Assembly: GCA_016190485.1 (NCBI GenBank)
Contig: JACPQN010000066.1
Coordinates: forward strand, 8,446 to 72,445
DNA: 64,000 bases
Reading direction: 5' to 3'
Source: Chloroflexota bacterium
GTDB taxonomy: Bacteria > Chloroflexota > Dehalococcoidia > SHYD01
Positions 19,720 through 30,312 of the stretch are shown one piece after another (position 1 is the stretch's first letter; each line of letters begins with the position of its first letter). Below the pieces are notes generated by a model. That model made no database searches, was not told the origin of the DNA, and saw nothing but the letters and a program-made list of their open reading frames with translations. Position numbers and translations under genes: made by a program.

Positions 19720-22116
19720 TTGACAGACACCACAGCGACCCCGGGTTGGCAGAAGGCCCCTGCGGCGAGGCGAGAGCCCCGCGCCGGCCACGCCCTATGG
19801 GCGCTGGCCCTCGCGCTCCTGCTGTTGCCGTGCTCGCCCACCCAGGGCCCCCTCCCACCCGAGGAAGAGCCTCCCCCGCCCAGCGTTCCCGTGGACGCCT
19901 TGGGCGCACCAGGGCTGCCGGTCTCCGCCGTGCTGGGCCTGTCGGGCACGCCCGGCGTCCTCTCCCTTTGGGGCGAGGAGGGTCGCCGGCGCTTGGCCGA
20001 GGGCCTGCGCACCACCCTGCGCATGGTCGGGGGGAAGACCTATCAGTTCCCGGCGGACTTTCGCCTTGCTCCCGACAGCGTGCCGGCCAGTGAGCCGGCG
20101 GAGGACGAGGTCCTGGGCCTGGCGCAACAACTGCGCGCGGCCTTTGTCACCCTGGATGGGAGCATGGAGGTTACCCTGGAGGTCACGGTGGCCCAGGACG
20201 CTCCTGCGCTGCACTACCAGGTGCACACCCAGACCATCACTGGAGTGCTCGCCGTGGAGCGCTTTCTGCTCTCGCCTGTGGGCCAGGGCGGGTTCCCTGC
20301 CGATGGGCCGGTGGAGTACGTGAGTATCCAGAGCACCGGGCCTGTCCAGGGCGGCCTGCGCGCCGGCCAGGGCCCGCTGCTGCTGCCCCTGCCTCAGGGC
20401 ACGCCCCTGCTCCTCCGGGAGCAGGGTGGCGCCAGGGGCGTTATCCTCGGCGTCCTGGACGAAACGCCCGGCCGGGCGGAGGCACGGGTGTCCTTCCCTG
20501 GCCGGGGCGCCTTCCAGGTGGAGCTGACCGCCAGCCCCAGGCTGGGTAGCTACACCGTGTCCCCCCGCTTCTTTCTTGGCTTCACTGAGACGCGCGACCT
20601 CGCCGCTGCGTTCGCGCCCTATCGAGCTGCGCTGGACGTGGTGACGCCCGCTCCGCCGGTGCCTGCCGCCTTCCGCCACCAGTGGGGTTCCTGGTACGTC
20701 TACTACGGGGAGATTGACGAGGAGCTGATCCGCGCCCAGATCGACACCCTGGCCGGGCGCTATGGCGATCTGGGCCCCTGGCAGGTAGTGGTGGACGCCG
20801 GCTGGTACTACGCGGGCGCCCACCCCGATGGCGAGATGGGGCTGGTGGACGTGGAGAAGTTCCCCTCCGGCATGCGGGCCCTGGTGGACTACGCCCATGA
20901 ACGGGGCGTCGGCGTCGTGCTCTACGGCTCGGCGCCCTGGGTGGACACCAGGCCCTCTCAGGGAAACTGGTGGGTCGTGCTCCAGGGCTTCGTCCGGGAT
21001 CACCTGGACTGGCTGGTGCTCGTCGAGCAGGATGCCGAGGGGGCCAGCTACGTCTACGATTTCTCCCACCCGCAGCTACGTGAGTATCTGGCGGGCTTGA
21101 TCTACCGCTACCTGGTGGAGTTTGATGCGGACGGGATCCTCCTGGACATGGTGGGGCTTATCGGGCGGCGGGGCGCCCCACTGCTGGATGCTGCTACCGC
21201 CACGGACACCGATCGGCATCTGGTGGCCCAGACTATGGAGGTCTACCGCTTTGTCTGGGATGCCGCCACCTGGGTCAAGCCGGAGGTCTGGATCGAGGGC
21301 GCGTGGGCGGCTCCGCCCCTGGCGCGCCGATACGCCCATTCCTGGCGCTTCGGCGACGAGTTCCCTGCCTTCTCCAATCCCTACCCCTTCGGCGGCCTGG
21401 TGGAGCACATCACCTTCGCTATTCTGCAGGAGCAGCTCCTGGGCCGCCGGTCCCACGTGGGGTTTATCTACGGGGGTGACGAGGTGGTCTCCGAGCACCT
21501 CCGGTGGCTGGCGGCCGCGGTGGCCCTGCAGCGCCAGGTGGTCATGAGCGTGGACCTGTTCTTCACCCCCGACGACGTGGAACGACGCTACCGGGAATAC
21601 CTCAACGCGCTCACGCCCTTCGCTGGCACCTCCGTCTATGGCCCCGGCGTGCCGCCCAGGGAGTTCTCGACCACGGTGGACAGCACCATCTACCTGGGTC
21701 TCCTCAACACCAGCGGGCAGGCCCAGGCCATGATCGTGGACCTGGAAGCCCACGGTATGCCTCCCGTGTCCGAAGCCGTGGTGTTTGACCCGGAAACCCG
21801 CGTGGCACGGGGGATCAGCTCCAGGCTCAGCGCAACAGTGGCCCCTGGCTCCTTCAAGCTCCAGGTGGTCCGCTGGGAGCCCGGCGTACTCTGGGGAGAC
21901 CGGGCATGGTCTGCAGCCCTGGAGGAGGACGACCTGGTGATCACCCTGTTACCCGGCCCCGTGGACTACGGCCGGCTGTGGGTCTACGCGCCCAGGGCCT
22001 TCAGCGTGACCCTGGATGGGGAGCGGCTCCCCGCGTCAGCGGCGCTGCCAGGAAGCGAAGTCTACGTGATTGAGGTAGAGGACGGGAAGAGCCACGAGAT
22101 CCGGTTGAGGTTCTAA
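19720..22116 (+). CDS. secreted/lipoprotein putative glycoside hydrolase (TIM-barrel, alpha-galactosidase-like)
   Basis: signal/lipobox-like N-terminus; VVVDAGWYY and aromatic-rich barrel segments reminiscent of the melibiase-type GH clan. Confidence 0.4.
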   Translation: MTDTTATPGWQKAPAARREPRAGHALWALALALLLLPCSPTQGPLPPEEEPPPPSVPVDALGAPGLPVSAVLGLSGTPGVLSLWGEEGRRRLAEGLRTTLRMVGGKTYQFPADFRLAPDSVPASEPAEDEVLGLAQQLRAAFVTLDGSMEVTLEVTVAQDAPALHYQVHTQTITGVLAVERFLLSPVGQGGFPADGPVEYVSIQSTGPVQGGLRAGQGPLLLPLPQGTPLLLREQGGARGVILGVLDETPGRAEARVSFPGRGAFQVELTASPRLGSYTVSPRFFLGFTETRDLAAAFAPYRAALDVVTPAPPVPAAFRHQWGSWYVYYGEIDEELIRAQIDTLAGRYGDLGPWQVVVDAGWYYAGAHPDGEMGLVDVEKFPSGMRALVDYAHERGVGVVLYGSAPWVDTRPSQGNWWVVLQGFVRDHLDWLVLVEQDAEGASYVYDFSHPQLREYLAGLIYRYLVEFDADGILLDMVGLIGRRGAPLLDAATATDTDRHLVAQTMEVYRFVWDAATWVKPEVWIEGAWAAPPLARRYAHSWRFGDEFPAFSNPYPFGGLVEHITFAILQEQLLGRRSHVGFIYGGDEVVSEHLRWLAAAVALQRQVVMSVDLFFTPDDVERRYREYLNALTPFAGTSVYGPGVPPREFSTTVDSTIYLGLLNTSGQAQAMIVDLEAHGMPPVSEAVVFDPETRVARGISSRLSATVAPGSFKLQVVRWEPGVLWGDRAWSAALEEDDLVITLLPGPVDYGRLWVYAPRAFSVTLDGERLPASAALPGSEVYVIEVEDGKSHEIRLRF

Positions 22117-22129
22117 GGCGCCTTTGCAG

Positions 22130-22399
22130 CTATAGCTTTGCGCTACAGTGGCCGCAGTAGGCTTGGCCCACTGCGTTCAGACCGCCGCAGGTCGCGCAGA
22201 CGGCTCTGGGGCCTCCAGCCGCCCCGCTACCATCCATCTCAGCCGTGAAGTCCCGGGTCAGGTCTGCCGCCGTCTTCCGGAGGTCTCGCACCATGCCACC
22301 CAAGCTCCGGGCCAACTCCGGGAGACGCTCCGGCCCGAAGACCATGAGCACCACCACGAATACTACCAGGAGCTCGGGGATGCCGATATCAAAGGGCAT
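22130..22399 (-). CDS. tatA: twin-arginine translocase TatA/E with C-terminal CxxC...CxxC extension
   Basis: N-terminal TM + amphipathic helix FGPERLPELARSLG; C-terminal CATCGG...CGHCS. Confidence 0.75.
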   Translation of the reverse strand: MPFDIGIPELLVVFVVVLMVFGPERLPELARSLGGMVRDLRKTAADLTRDFTAEMDGSGAAGGPRAVCATCGGLNAVGQAYCGHCSAKL

Positions 22400-22562
22400 G
22401 GAGCACCTTTACCCCGGCCCGCCTACCGCGGGCCTGCTACTCATCTCCATCTTACCCCTCTGGTGGCCACGCCAGGGGCACGAGCCACCAGCGCGCCGTG
22501 CGCGGGCGCCCCGTCGCTTCGAGCTGGCAGCCTGCCTGCGGCGGGCAGGCCTGCCCCAATGC

Positions 22563-23654
22563 CTACCGGGTAATCGCCCCCACGCTGTTAATGGGCGGAA
22601 AGAGGGCCGGTATGGCCCGCCAGGTCTCGCCCTCGTCTGGGCTGTGGTAGAGCTGGCCGGTGTTGGCGCCGGCATAGACGCCCGGTGAATCAAGGGTATC
22701 TGCGGCCAGCCCCTCGCGCATGAGGTTCAGGTAGGCCTTGCGCTGAGGAAGCCCCTTGGTGAGGGCTTGCCAGCTCTGGCCGCCGTCCCGGGTGCGGTAC
22801 ACCGCCATCCGTGCCCTGGGCATCCAGTGCTGGTAGCCGCTGACGCCCAGGCAGACGTATACGGTATCCGGATCGAAGGGGTGGGCCACCATGGCGTGTC
22901 CCCAGTCCGAGGGCAGCTCTCCGGTGATCTCCCTCCAGCTCGCTCCGCCGTCGTCACTACGATAGACGCCGCAGTGGTTCTGCTGGTAGACCCGGTCCGG
23001 CTTACCCGCTGCCATAGCCACGTGGTGCACGCACTGGCCCACCTCCGGGTAGACCGGGGGCTGGTCCGGCATGAAGTTGGCCCGCACGCCCTTGTTAGCG
23101 GCATGCCAGGTCTTGGCTCCATCCAGGGTGCGGAAGTAGCCGCCCGCGGAGACGCCCGCGCCTATCTTCTTGGTGTCCAGGGGGTCCAGCACCACCGAGT
23201 GGAGGGCCAGGCCGCCGGCGCTGGGCTGCCACTCCTTACGTGATGGATGGCTGTGGAGGGACTCCACCAGTTGCCAGGTCTGGCCGTCGTCGGTGCTCTT
23301 GAAGAGCGCGGCGGGCTCTACGCCCGCGTAGACCACGCCCGGCTCCTGCGGCCGGCCTGGCTCCACGTGCCACACCTTTTCCAGCTTCTCGCCGGAGTCG
23401 GCAGGGAAGGCCGGGCCCGCGGCAGGCTCCTCCCATGTGCGGCCGAAGTCGGTGCTGCGGTACACCCTGGACCCGAACCACCAGTCCCAGGCCGCCGCAA
23501 AGAGGATCCCGGTGCGGGGATCGTAGCTCATGTGCATGACATTCTGCCCCGCCAGGTAGGGGCCCCGCACCTGCCAGCGGCGGCGGGCCGCGTCGCTCTC
23601 CGCTACAAAGGCGCCCTTCCTGGTGCCCACCAGCACCATAACCTGTATGTTCAT
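22563..23654 (-). CDS. BNR/Asp-box repeat beta-propeller protein (sialidase-like)
   Basis: six S-x-D-x-G-x-T-W Asp-boxes (STDFGRTW, STDDGQTW, TLDGAKTW, SDDGGASW, TRDGGQSW, SPDEGETW). Confidence 0.75.
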   Translation of the reverse strand: MNIQVMVLVGTRKGAFVAESDAARRRWQVRGPYLAGQNVMHMSYDPRTGILFAAAWDWWFGSRVYRSTDFGRTWEEPAAGPAFPADSGEKLEKVWHVEPGRPQEPGVVYAGVEPAALFKSTDDGQTWQLVESLHSHPSRKEWQPSAGGLALHSVVLDPLDTKKIGAGVSAGGYFRTLDGAKTWHAANKGVRANFMPDQPPVYPEVGQCVHHVAMAAGKPDRVYQQNHCGVYRSDDGGASWREITGELPSDWGHAMVAHPFDPDTVYVCLGVSGYQHWMPRARMAVYRTRDGGQSWQALTKGLPQRKAYLNLMREGLAADTLDSPGVYAGANTGQLYHSPDEGETWRAIPALFPPINSVGAITR

Positions 23655-23824
23655 GGCTTGCGCCTCCTGCTCTCAGAGCAACGAATACTTAGATGGGCAT
23701 TACTCTGCATCCTGAGAGGAGGGATGTCAAGCAGCTTCGGACGACGCCGCGTGATCCTGCGGCAGCCTGTATGGCGTCAACAAAAAGGGCCTCAGAAGCG
23801 AGGCCCCCTTTGCATCGCATCCTG

Positions 23825-25438
23825 CTACTGACTAAGCCACGCGTCCCGTTGCTTCTGGTTGGAATAGCTGCTGGGATGCTTGATGTAGTTGCGCACGAAA
23901 TTCCACTGGCCGTGCCGGATACGACTCCACTGGAGGACGATCTTGCCGGCCAGTGGCACCGCTTTCTTCTCCAGCTCCTGGACCAGCTTCTTGCGCTCCA
24001 CCGGGTCAACGGTCTGGGACTGCTTCAGGAAAAGCTCGTCCGCCTCTTTCGAGCAGATGCCGGAGTAGTTGCGCGCGGCATTGCAGGTGTAGAACTCGGC
24101 GTAGATGGCGTCCGGGTCATCCAGGGTTACCGCGTGGCCCCAGGGCAACATCAGGAAGTCTTTCTTGGCAGCAGCGTCGTAGGCCACGCTGGATTCCAGG
24201 ATTTTCACCTCGACCTTGATGCCGATCTTGCTGAGCTGGTCCACCACAAAGGTATCCAGGTCCTCGTGAGCGGCCTCCGAGGTGATGGTCACAGAGAAGC
24301 CGGCGCCATAGCCTGCCTCGTCCAGGAGCTTCTTGGCCTGGGCCAGTTCGGCCGCCTTGTCTTTGGCATAGCCTGGCAGCTTTATCAGGTCCGCCTCCGG
24401 TAGCGCCCACTGGCCTGAGGGGGGCAGATAGCCGCCGAGGTCCGCATCACCCTGGGACAGGATCTGGAGCGCAGCACGCCGGTCGATGGCCATCATTACC
24501 GCCTGGCGCACCTTGGCGTCGTCAAAAGGCTTGCGGGTCGAGTTCAGGTTGATGGTGCTGAAGCTAAACCCTCCCAGCCGCTGGATAGTGAGCTGGTTTG
24601 CCAGGTCCTTCTGGGCGTCGGCATCATCCGCAGAGAGGGCCAGCATATGGATTTGCCCGGAGCGAAGCGCCGCAACCCGAGTGCCCTTATCGGCGATGGT
24701 GAACTTCTTGACTCCATCCAGATAGGGCCGCTGCGGCATCCAGTAGTCGGGATTACGCTCAACCTCAGTCGCAATGCCGGGGGTGAAACTCTTGAGTTTG
24801 AAGGGCCCGGTGCCCATCACCTCTTTCTTGGGCGCGTCCTGCCCCTTGGACTCGACCCACTCTTTGTCATACATCCCCATCCAGCCCATGGCCAGGTTGG
24901 CAAGGAGAGAAGAATTGGGCCGCTTTAATTGGACTTTGACGGCGTAGTCGTCGACCATCTCGACCTTCTCCACGGCTTCAAACACGCCGCGGCGAGGGCT
25001 GCGCACGCCCTGGGGCGGGTCCCGCATCCTGTCCAGGCTGAACTTAACGTCCTGGGCCGTGAAGGGATTGCCGTTGTGGAACTTCACACCTTTGCGGAGG
25101 GAGAAGGTGTAGGTCCTGCCATCCGGCGTCAGCTCCCAGCGCTCTGCAAGGTCCGGCACGATGCTCTTGGGGTCCATAGGGTCGTACATCACCAGCCCAT
25201 CATAGGCAGGAGCGGTAATGTGCTGCATGCCTGTGGTGGACTCCTGGTGCAAGTCGAAGCTGGGCGGGTCGTTGTCGGTGGTGAGGGCGAGGACGCCACC
25301 CCGACGCGGCTGGTCCGTTGGCGGCGCGGCCCCGCCCGCCGAGGGGCTGGGCTGGGGCGCACAGGCCGCTCCTGCAAGGAGGCCACCTATGGCTATCCCC
25401 GCCAGGAGCGCTACACGCTGCGATAAGAGTCCGTTCAT
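23825..25438 (-). CDS. ABC transporter substrate-binding protein, family 5 (peptide/nickel/oligosaccharide type)
   Basis: 537 aa, signal peptide, SBP_bac_5 architecture. Confidence 0.85.
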   Translation of the reverse strand: MNGLLSQRVALLAGIAIGGLLAGAACAPQPSPSAGGAAPPTDQPRRGGVLALTTDNDPPSFDLHQESTTGMQHITAPAYDGLVMYDPMDPKSIVPDLAERWELTPDGRTYTFSLRKGVKFHNGNPFTAQDVKFSLDRMRDPPQGVRSPRRGVFEAVEKVEMVDDYAVKVQLKRPNSSLLANLAMGWMGMYDKEWVESKGQDAPKKEVMGTGPFKLKSFTPGIATEVERNPDYWMPQRPYLDGVKKFTIADKGTRVAALRSGQIHMLALSADDADAQKDLANQLTIQRLGGFSFSTINLNSTRKPFDDAKVRQAVMMAIDRRAALQILSQGDADLGGYLPPSGQWALPEADLIKLPGYAKDKAAELAQAKKLLDEAGYGAGFSVTITSEAAHEDLDTFVVDQLSKIGIKVEVKILESSVAYDAAAKKDFLMLPWGHAVTLDDPDAIYAEFYTCNAARNYSGICSKEADELFLKQSQTVDPVERKKLVQELEKKAVPLAGKIVLQWSRIRHGQWNFVRNYIKHPSSYSNQKQRDAWLSQ

Positions 25439-25520
25439 GCTGTACCTTCTCCCTCTTGAACGGCTGCGGCGCCGGAGCGCCGAGCACGGAGGCCTTGCTC
25501 ACCCCGGCGCCCACCTTGTG

Positions 25521-27239
25521 TTACCGATCCAGCCACAGGTCCCGATAGCGGTAGTTGTTGTCGGTGTTGGGATGACGCACCCAGTTCTTGATGTAGCTCC
25601 AGGAGACGTTACGGAACCTGCTCCAGTGGGTAATGATGCGGGAAGCGGTGGGGATGGCTTTCCGTTCCAACTCCAGCATCAGCGCCTTGCGCTTTACGGG
25701 GTCCACCTCCTGAGACTGCCTTTCGAAGAGCGCATCCACCTCGGCGCTGCACAGGCGGCCCCAGTTGCGGGGCGCACTGCACGTATAGAACTCGCCGTAG
25801 ATGGAGTCGGGGTCGTCCAGCCCGGCGCTGTGGGTCCAGGGAAGGAGATCAAAGTCGCCCTTCTCCGCCAGATCGTAGGCCTGGGCTGTCTCGTAAAACT
25901 TGGCGTCCACATTGAGCCCGACCTTCTTCAACTGGTCTATGAGGAACACGGAGAGGTCCACGTAGCCCTGGAGGTTGCGGGTGTTGATGCGGGCATCGAA
26001 GCCGGCGGCATAGCCCGCCTCCGCCAACAGCTTCTTCGCTCTCTCCAGGTCTGTAGCCTTGTCTTTGCCATAGCCGGACAGCTTCTGCAGCTCCTCCTGA
26101 GGCAGGCTCCAGATACCTCCGGGCATCATGTAGCCGCCGGCCTCGCCGTCACCCTGGGCCAGCACCTGGACGGCGCCGTGACGGTCAATGGCGATGTTGA
26201 CGGCCTCCCGCACCCGCGGGTCATCGAAGGGCTTTCTCTTGACGTTCACCGACAACGAGTTGAAGCCCAGATTAACTCCCCGCTGGATCGTGAGCTTGTC
26301 GCCCATCTCCTGCTCCAGGCTCCGCAGCTCGATGGCGCTTACGTCCAGCATCATGAGCTGGCCCGTGCGCAGGGCGGCGAGCCGGGTTCCGGCGTCCGGG
26401 ATGATCAGGAACTTGACGCCATCCAGGTAGGGCTTGCCCTCTACCCAATAGCTGGCGTTACGCTCCACCTCCACACTGGTGCCCCGGAGGTACTCCTTCA
26501 GCTTGTAGGGGCCTGTACCCATCGTCTCCTTCTTGGGCGCGTCCTGGCCCCTGGCCTCCACCCACTCCTTGTCGTAGATACCCATCCAGCCCTGGGCAAG
26601 GTTGATCAGTAGCGACGGGCTAGGGCGTTTGAGGTTCAGCTTGACGGTGTAATCGTTGGGGGTCTCGATGCTGGTCACGGCATCGAAAGCCGTGCGGCGG
26701 GGGCTGCGCACACCGGAAGGGGGGTCTTTCACTCGTTCCAGAGTAAACTTCACATCGGCGGCGGCGAGCGGGTTCCCGTTGTGGAACTTGACGTTCTTGT
26801 GGAGGGAGAAGGTGTAGGTCTTGCCGTCTGGCGAGAGTTCCCACCGCTCTGCGAGGTCCGGCACAATCTCGCTGGGTCTAAGGGGATCCAGGACGATGAG
26901 ATTGTCGTAGAGGGGGCCAGCGGTGGAGGAGGTGGCGGATGTGGACTCTTGGTGGAGATCGAAGCTGGGCGGGTCTGCCGCGGAGCCGATGGGGATTACG
27001 AGCACTCCACCCCGCTTGACTGCCTGCACAGCCTGGGGCTGCCCATCGGAAGGAGCAGGTTGCGCAGGCGTCCCGCAACCGACGGTCACAGCGAAGGTCA
27101 CGCCTGCAGCGAGTAACGCCAGCCCTGAGGGAAACTCCGTCTGTGCCTTCACAAACTTCTCCTTTGTCATACGGAAGGTCTCACTCTGCGAGGCCACTCC
27201 TCTGTTCAATCTGCTCCCTCTAGCACCTCCTGCTTGCAA
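25521..27239 (-). CDS. ABC transporter substrate-binding protein, family 5 (tandem paralog)
   Basis: 572 aa, co-linear similarity with the 23825..25438 product. Confidence 0.85.
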   Translation of the reverse strand: MQAGGARGSRLNRGVASQSETFRMTKEKFVKAQTEFPSGLALLAAGVTFAVTVGCGTPAQPAPSDGQPQAVQAVKRGGVLVIPIGSAADPPSFDLHQESTSATSSTAGPLYDNLIVLDPLRPSEIVPDLAERWELSPDGKTYTFSLHKNVKFHNGNPLAAADVKFTLERVKDPPSGVRSPRRTAFDAVTSIETPNDYTVKLNLKRPSPSLLINLAQGWMGIYDKEWVEARGQDAPKKETMGTGPYKLKEYLRGTSVEVERNASYWVEGKPYLDGVKFLIIPDAGTRLAALRTGQLMMLDVSAIELRSLEQEMGDKLTIQRGVNLGFNSLSVNVKRKPFDDPRVREAVNIAIDRHGAVQVLAQGDGEAGGYMMPGGIWSLPQEELQKLSGYGKDKATDLERAKKLLAEAGYAAGFDARINTRNLQGYVDLSVFLIDQLKKVGLNVDAKFYETAQAYDLAEKGDFDLLPWTHSAGLDDPDSIYGEFYTCSAPRNWGRLCSAEVDALFERQSQEVDPVKRKALMLELERKAIPTASRIITHWSRFRNVSWSYIKNWVRHPNTDNNYRYRDLWLDR

Positions 27240-27530
27240 TAGGCATTGCTTGGTCCGGCAACAGACTACAATAAACCGATGGCTGTCCTGTGACCTTAAA
27301 GCAAATCCTACAGGACATATCGGTGCCCACTATAGCACTGAGCCCCTGGGTGTCAAGGCGTTGGTGCGAGGAGAGGGTGTTTATCAAACCGCCACCTCAG
27401 GCTCAAACCTGAGGCATTCGGATCGGCTATGCTGCAGGCTTCAGCCTGCAGCGCGGAGTTACTAAACGGTCCCCGGGGGAGAGACCGCTGAACAACTCAC
27501 CACGGCGCTGCCTGAACGGTCGGAAACGCA

Positions 27531-27566
27531 GCCGCCGTTCCTAAGTTGAGCTCAAGGAACGGCGGC
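27531..27566. terminator. long inverted repeat (12-bp stem GCCGCCGTTCCT / AGGAACGGCGGC) downstream of the TPP-enzyme gene
   Basis: perfect inverted repeat with palindromic loop TTGAGCTCAA; no U-tract (common in high-GC genomes). Confidence 0.3.
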
Positions 27567-27650
27567 TGTCATGCTGCTGGCGTCAGCAGTCAGGACGCTC
27601 GCTGCTATGCAGCGCTCTCTGGGAAAGGAGAGGCTGCTCCGAGTCAGCAG

Positions 27651-29324
27651 CTAGGCCGTGGCGGCGGCTGCGACAGCGGGCCGTGCGCCGCGCCGCCGGC
27701 CGGGCGCGGCGGCGGGATCGGTGGCCACATTGACGCAGGCCGGTTTGCCCGAGGCGAAGGCCCGCTCCAGGGCGGGCCGGATGTCCTGCGGCCGCTCCAC
27801 GTACTCGCCGTAGCCACCCATGGCCTCCACCATCTTGTGGTAGTCCCGCACGCCCATGGTGCCCCCGATCATGCGCTCTTTGCCATACAGGGCCTCCTGG
27901 GGGTGGGTCTCCATGGCCCAGACGCCGTTGTCGCCCACCACGCAGACGAAGGGGACGTGGTGGCGAGCGGCGGTGTCGAACTCCATGGCGTTGAAGCCGA
28001 AGGCGCCGTCGCCGCTGAGGAGCAGCACCTGCTCCTGGGGCCTGGCCAGCTTGGCGGCGATGGCGAAGCTGGTGCCGGGGCCGAGGCAGCCGAAGGGGCC
28101 GTTATCCATCCAGTGGCCAGGCTGGTGCACCCGCAGGTACTGCGGCCCGAAGACGGTGATCTCGCCGCCGTCCATGATGACGTTAGCGTCCCGCCGTAGC
28201 ACGCCTGAGATCTCATTGCAGAGCCTGGCCGGATGGATGGGCACCGCGTCCGACGTGGCATCGGTTGCCATCTCCTCCCGGCGGCGGCGCATGTAGTCCT
28301 GACACTCTCTGATCCAGCCAGCGTGCTGGCCCTCGCGTGTGTTGCCCCGCAGCTCCTCGATGAGCTGGCCCAGCACCGCCTTTGCATCCCCCTGGATGCC
28401 CACGTCGATGTTGCGGTTGCGGCCGATCTCCTCGGGCTGGATGTCGATCTGGATGAACTTCGCCTGGGGGTTGAAGAGGGGCGGCTGGCCATAGTTCAGC
28501 ATGTAGTTGAGCCGGGTGCCAGCCAGGAGCACGACATCGGCCTCCCGCACGCCTGCTCGGTTGGGGCCGAAGCAGAGGGGATGGTCCTCAGGCACGACGC
28601 CCCGGCCCTGCCAGCCCAGCGCCAGGGGCGCCTCGACCAGCTCGATGAGCTGCTGGAGCTCCTGGCCCGCCTGCGCGTAGAAGATGCCGCTGCCGCCGAT
28701 GACCACGGGCCGCTCCGCCCGCAGCAGCAGCTCGGCGGCGGCCCGCACCTGCTCCGGGTCGCCCTTGGGGCGCGCCGCCGGGCGATAGCCCCTGGGGTAC
28801 CAGACTTCGTCCTCCTCCACCTTGGCGCTGAGCACCTCGCCGGTCACCTCCAGCACCGCGGGGCCAGGCCGGCCGGACATGGCGTGGCGCAGCGCGATGG
28901 CCACGTACTCCGGCAGCCGTTTGGTGTCGTGGCAGGTGCCGACCCACTTGGACACCGGCTTGAGCACCGCGTCCTGATCCATGTCGTGCATGGCGCCCCG
29001 CTGGTCAGCGGCGTGGCCGCCGCGAGTGACCAGCACCACGATGGGGCTGCCCGAATCCCTGGCGTTGGCGATGGCAGTGAGAGCGTTGGTGACACCGGGG
29101 CCCGAGATCACCGTGGCGAAGCCTGGCCTGCCGGTGGCCCGGGCCCATCCATCGGCCATGTGGACCGCCGCGGCCTCGTGGCGCACGTCGATGTTGCGGA
29201 TGCCCTCGTCCAGACAGGCGTCGTAGAGGGGCAGGATGGGCACCGCGACGATGCCGAAGAGATGGTCTATGCCCTCCTGCTTGAGGGCCTTCATGACGAG
29301 GCGGCCACCGTGTACCTGTGCCAT
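27651..29324 (-). CDS. thiamine pyrophosphate-dependent enzyme (acetolactate synthase large subunit / oxalyl-CoA decarboxylase family)
   Basis: N-terminal Pyr domain, central domain, C-terminal TPP-binding GDG-x24-N region; start set at MAQVHGG (ORF opens at 29345). Confidence 0.8.
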   Translation of the reverse strand: MAQVHGGRLVMKALKQEGIDHLFGIVAVPILPLYDACLDEGIRNIDVRHEAAAVHMADGWARATGRPGFATVISGPGVTNALTAIANARDSGSPIVVLVTRGGHAADQRGAMHDMDQDAVLKPVSKWVGTCHDTKRLPEYVAIALRHAMSGRPGPAVLEVTGEVLSAKVEEDEVWYPRGYRPAARPKGDPEQVRAAAELLLRAERPVVIGGSGIFYAQAGQELQQLIELVEAPLALGWQGRGVVPEDHPLCFGPNRAGVREADVVLLAGTRLNYMLNYGQPPLFNPQAKFIQIDIQPEEIGRNRNIDVGIQGDAKAVLGQLIEELRGNTREGQHAGWIRECQDYMRRRREEMATDATSDAVPIHPARLCNEISGVLRRDANVIMDGGEITVFGPQYLRVHQPGHWMDNGPFGCLGPGTSFAIAAKLARPQEQVLLLSGDGAFGFNAMEFDTAARHHVPFVCVVGDNGVWAMETHPQEALYGKERMIGGTMGVRDYHKMVEAMGGYGEYVERPQDIRPALERAFASGKPACVNVATDPAAAPGRRRGARPAVAAAATA

Positions 29325-29493
29325 GGCGTTCCTCCTTGCGAGCACAGTAGCAGCGAAAAAGGGGGGTTAGCGGAGTGAGCATAGAGCGGGGAGCGCAGGG
29401 TGTCAACCTGGCGCTGAACAGACGCGGCCGGCGCTGATTGACGCCTGAAGGGGCCCTCCGTATACTGGCACCAGTTTTTCCCAAGGAGCAGCT

Positions 29494-30258
29494 ATGAGAC
29501 TGGCGCGGTACCGCGGGCCCAACGGCGTGAAGTACGGGGTGATGGAGGGCGATCAGGTGCGGGAGATCCGCGGGAGCATCTTCCGGGCGTTCCAGACCAC
29601 CGGTGCCGTGCACCCGCTCTCCGCCGTGCGGCTGCTGGCGCCCTGCGAGCCCTCCAAGATGCTGGCGGTGGCGCTGAACTACCGCAGCCACCTGGGCGAG
29701 CAGCCCGCCACCAAAGTGCCCGAGATGTTCTTCAAGGCGCCGTCATCGGTCATCGGCCCGGAAGACAGCATTGTGATCCCCCGGCGGGCGGGCCGGGTGG
29801 ACTACGAGGGCGAGTTGGTGGTGGTGATGAAGCGCCGCTGCCGCAAGGTGACCCGGCGCACCGCCCTGAGCTACGTGCTGGGCTACACCTGCGGCAACGA
29901 CGTGAGCGCCAGGGTGTGGCAGCGCAACGATATGCAGTGGTGGCGGGCCAAGTCCAGCGATACCTTCTCCTCCTTCGGGCCGTGGATCGAGACCGAGGTG
30001 GCCCCCGGCAACCTGCGGCTGGTGACCCGGCTGAACGGGGAGACGGTGCAGGACACCAACACCAGCCTGCTGATCCACGACGTCGCCTCCATCATTGCGT
30101 TCACCAGCCAGGTGGTGACCCTGGAGCCGGGGGACGTGATCTACACCGGCACCTCGGGCGCCACCCGCCCCATGAACCCGGGCGACGTGGTGGAGGTGGA
30201 GCTGGAGCAGGTGGGGGTGCTGCGGAACCCGGTGGTGGCCCAGGGGCGGAAACGCTAG
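29494..30258 (+). CDS. fumarylacetoacetate hydrolase (FAH) family protein
   Basis: FAH C-terminal domain fold motifs (DYEGELVVVM, metal-binding acidic residues). Confidence 0.85.
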   Translation: MRLARYRGPNGVKYGVMEGDQVREIRGSIFRAFQTTGAVHPLSAVRLLAPCEPSKMLAVALNYRSHLGEQPATKVPEMFFKAPSSVIGPEDSIVIPRRAGRVDYEGELVVVMKRRCRKVTRRTALSYVLGYTCGNDVSARVWQRNDMQWWRAKSSDTFSSFGPWIETEVAPGNLRLVTRLNGETVQDTNTSLLIHDVASIIAFTSQVVTLEPGDVIYTGTSGATRPMNPGDVVEVELEQVGVLRNPVVAQGRKR

Positions 30259-30312
30259 CCGCGGCCTTAGGGCTGAGGACTGAGGACTGCTGGGCCGGCA
30301 AGCACGTGGCCG

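Noticed and set aside
19403-19791. Small ORFs (66 and 124 aa) in the nrdR upstream region; possible RNase P, tmRNA or 6S RNA
   Set aside because: No RBS or domain support for the ORFs. Hallmark motifs of RNase P RNA, tmRNA and SRP RNA are absent, so the region is left as regulatory/unknown.
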